From Sphyrna mokarran (Eukaryota): a DNA stretch of 64,000 bases. Positions 62,622 to 64,000 of this stretch are shown in pieces. The stretch covers positions 81,096,001 to 81,160,000 of the forward strand of contig JAGIQG010000009.1 of assembly GCA_024679065.1 (NCBI GenBank), given 5' to 3'. The position numbers and the translations under genes are program-made. Positions within the stretch are counted from its first letter, which is position 1. Every line of letters starts with the position of its first letter. A model generated the notes under the pieces. That model was not told the origin of the DNA. It saw nothing but the letters and a program-made list of their open reading frames with translations, and did not search any database.

Positions 62622-62950
62622 CTAGGCACATTCTGAACTCCTGACACTCTTGCTGAGGGGAGAGGAGAGGCTCACGTGGGTGAGGGCACAAGAGAAGCGA
62701 GCGTTGGACTCCCAGTCGGAGCCAGAGAGGGTCAGCAGGCTGCTGACGCTGTAGGTGTTGTCTGAAGCTCGCAGGTAGTTGCTGGTCTGAATCCCGTTGG
62801 AAATGGCTGCACCGTCCTTCTTCCACTTCACCTCCACCTCATCGGGATAGAAGTGATCGGCAAGGCACACCAGGGTGGCAGTGCCCTTGGTCTTGACCTC
62901 CTCCGGGGAGGGGGGCAGCAGGGTCAGCGTGGGTTGTGAATTCTCACGGG
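62622..62950 (-). CDS. IGKC: Ig kappa constant exon, cluster 3 (V/J outside window)
   Basis: 329 nt, intact; same protein as C2; AG acceptor at 62951-62952. Confidence 0.95.
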
Positions 62951-64000
62951 CTGGAACAGAAGAGAAGGAATTTTAATCACTGCCATTTTCAGCCTTTCAA
63001 CATCCCGAATATTAACTGGGATCAAATCAGTGTCAATGATTTGATGTTGCAGAATTCTGAAAATCCATTCGAGGGGAATGTTTTTAACCAGTCCAGAACA
63101 ATCCCAACAAGAGAAGGGTCAGTTTTAGCAGTTTTACAGAATGAAACTCAGCATGTGGAAGGTGTATCAGTGAGAGAGCATTTGGGTAATAATGATCATA
63201 ATAGATTTAGAGTAGCTCCGGAAAGGGGGAAAGATCGATCAAGAGTAAACTTTTTAAATGGGAAAAGGCCAATTTCTCTAAACTGGAATTTGCCAAAATG
63301 GAAAGGAAACAGTGACTTGAAGGTAAATCAGTGTCAGAGCAGTGGGAGGATATTCGAGCTGGAGATAGAGTCCAGGACATATATGTTCATCAAGCAATAG
63401 TGTGGGACATTGCAAAGAGAATAACTAAGGATTAAATAGGGCTGATTAGAGAGCAAAAAGGTAACTTGTGTGTGGAAGGACAAAGTTTACATTGTGGTTC
63501 AGGAGAGGAGGGATTGTGAAAGAATTAATGGGATAATGATAGTGAGCGAGGAGATATTAATGTGTTTATCACCATTTAAAATGGAGAAATTCCCAGGGCC
63601 GGGTGAAATATATCCCAGGATGTGAAGGGAAGAACAGGAAGAAATAACAGAGACTCTGACCATTATTTTCCAATCCTCTCTGTGTACAGGTGTGGTATGG
63701 GTGGACTGGAGGATGGAGCACACTTTTTCAAACTAAAAGCTGATGGATTCCGAGGGAAAGTGGCACATTCGAATTCAAATTACTTCCGTGTCTGAGGGTA
63801 AAGGTTTTGATTTGAAGCTGGTTAAATCATTTTGCAATCTTACCGAAACTGTAAACAAGATTAGTACAAATTCAGCACTGAAATGGTTAATACTGAGAGT
63901 ATTTAAAGACACGGTGTCCCTTTAAGAGACTGTTAACCAATCAGGAAGCTGGAACTATTGCTCAGTCTGTCTGGGGGAAACAGGTTGAGCATCAACAAAC

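Overview
Repeat-rich vertebrate genomic DNA from a cartilaginous fish (shark-type HE1/V-SINEs, CR1 LINEs, Penelope-like elements). It carries a tandem array of kappa-type (shark type III / NS4-like) immunoglobulin light-chain clusters on the minus strand, repeating every ~27 kb. Two clusters are complete and unrearranged (L-V-12RSS..23RSS-J-intron-C at 8548-19467 and 35279-46322). The C exon of a third is at 62622-62950, with its V/J beyond the window. Splice sites, RSSs and reading frames of both complete clusters look intact. Beyond the genes, the main signals are: (1) an Ets-IRF composite element (GGAAGTGAAA) three times per unit, in the V promoter (which has only a degenerate octamer), ~2.4 kb 3' of C, and in an inverted duplicate of that module upstream of V; (2) Penelope-derived palindromes with hammerhead-ribozyme-like cores just past every C poly(A) site; (3) V/J end microhomology that would encode a canonical [12 protein letters not shown]3; (4) an unidentified exon-like ORF in every spacer; (5) retrotransposon insertions present in some units and absent in others, several with unusual junctions. 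All calls are by eye; no database search was run, and repeat boundaries are approximate.
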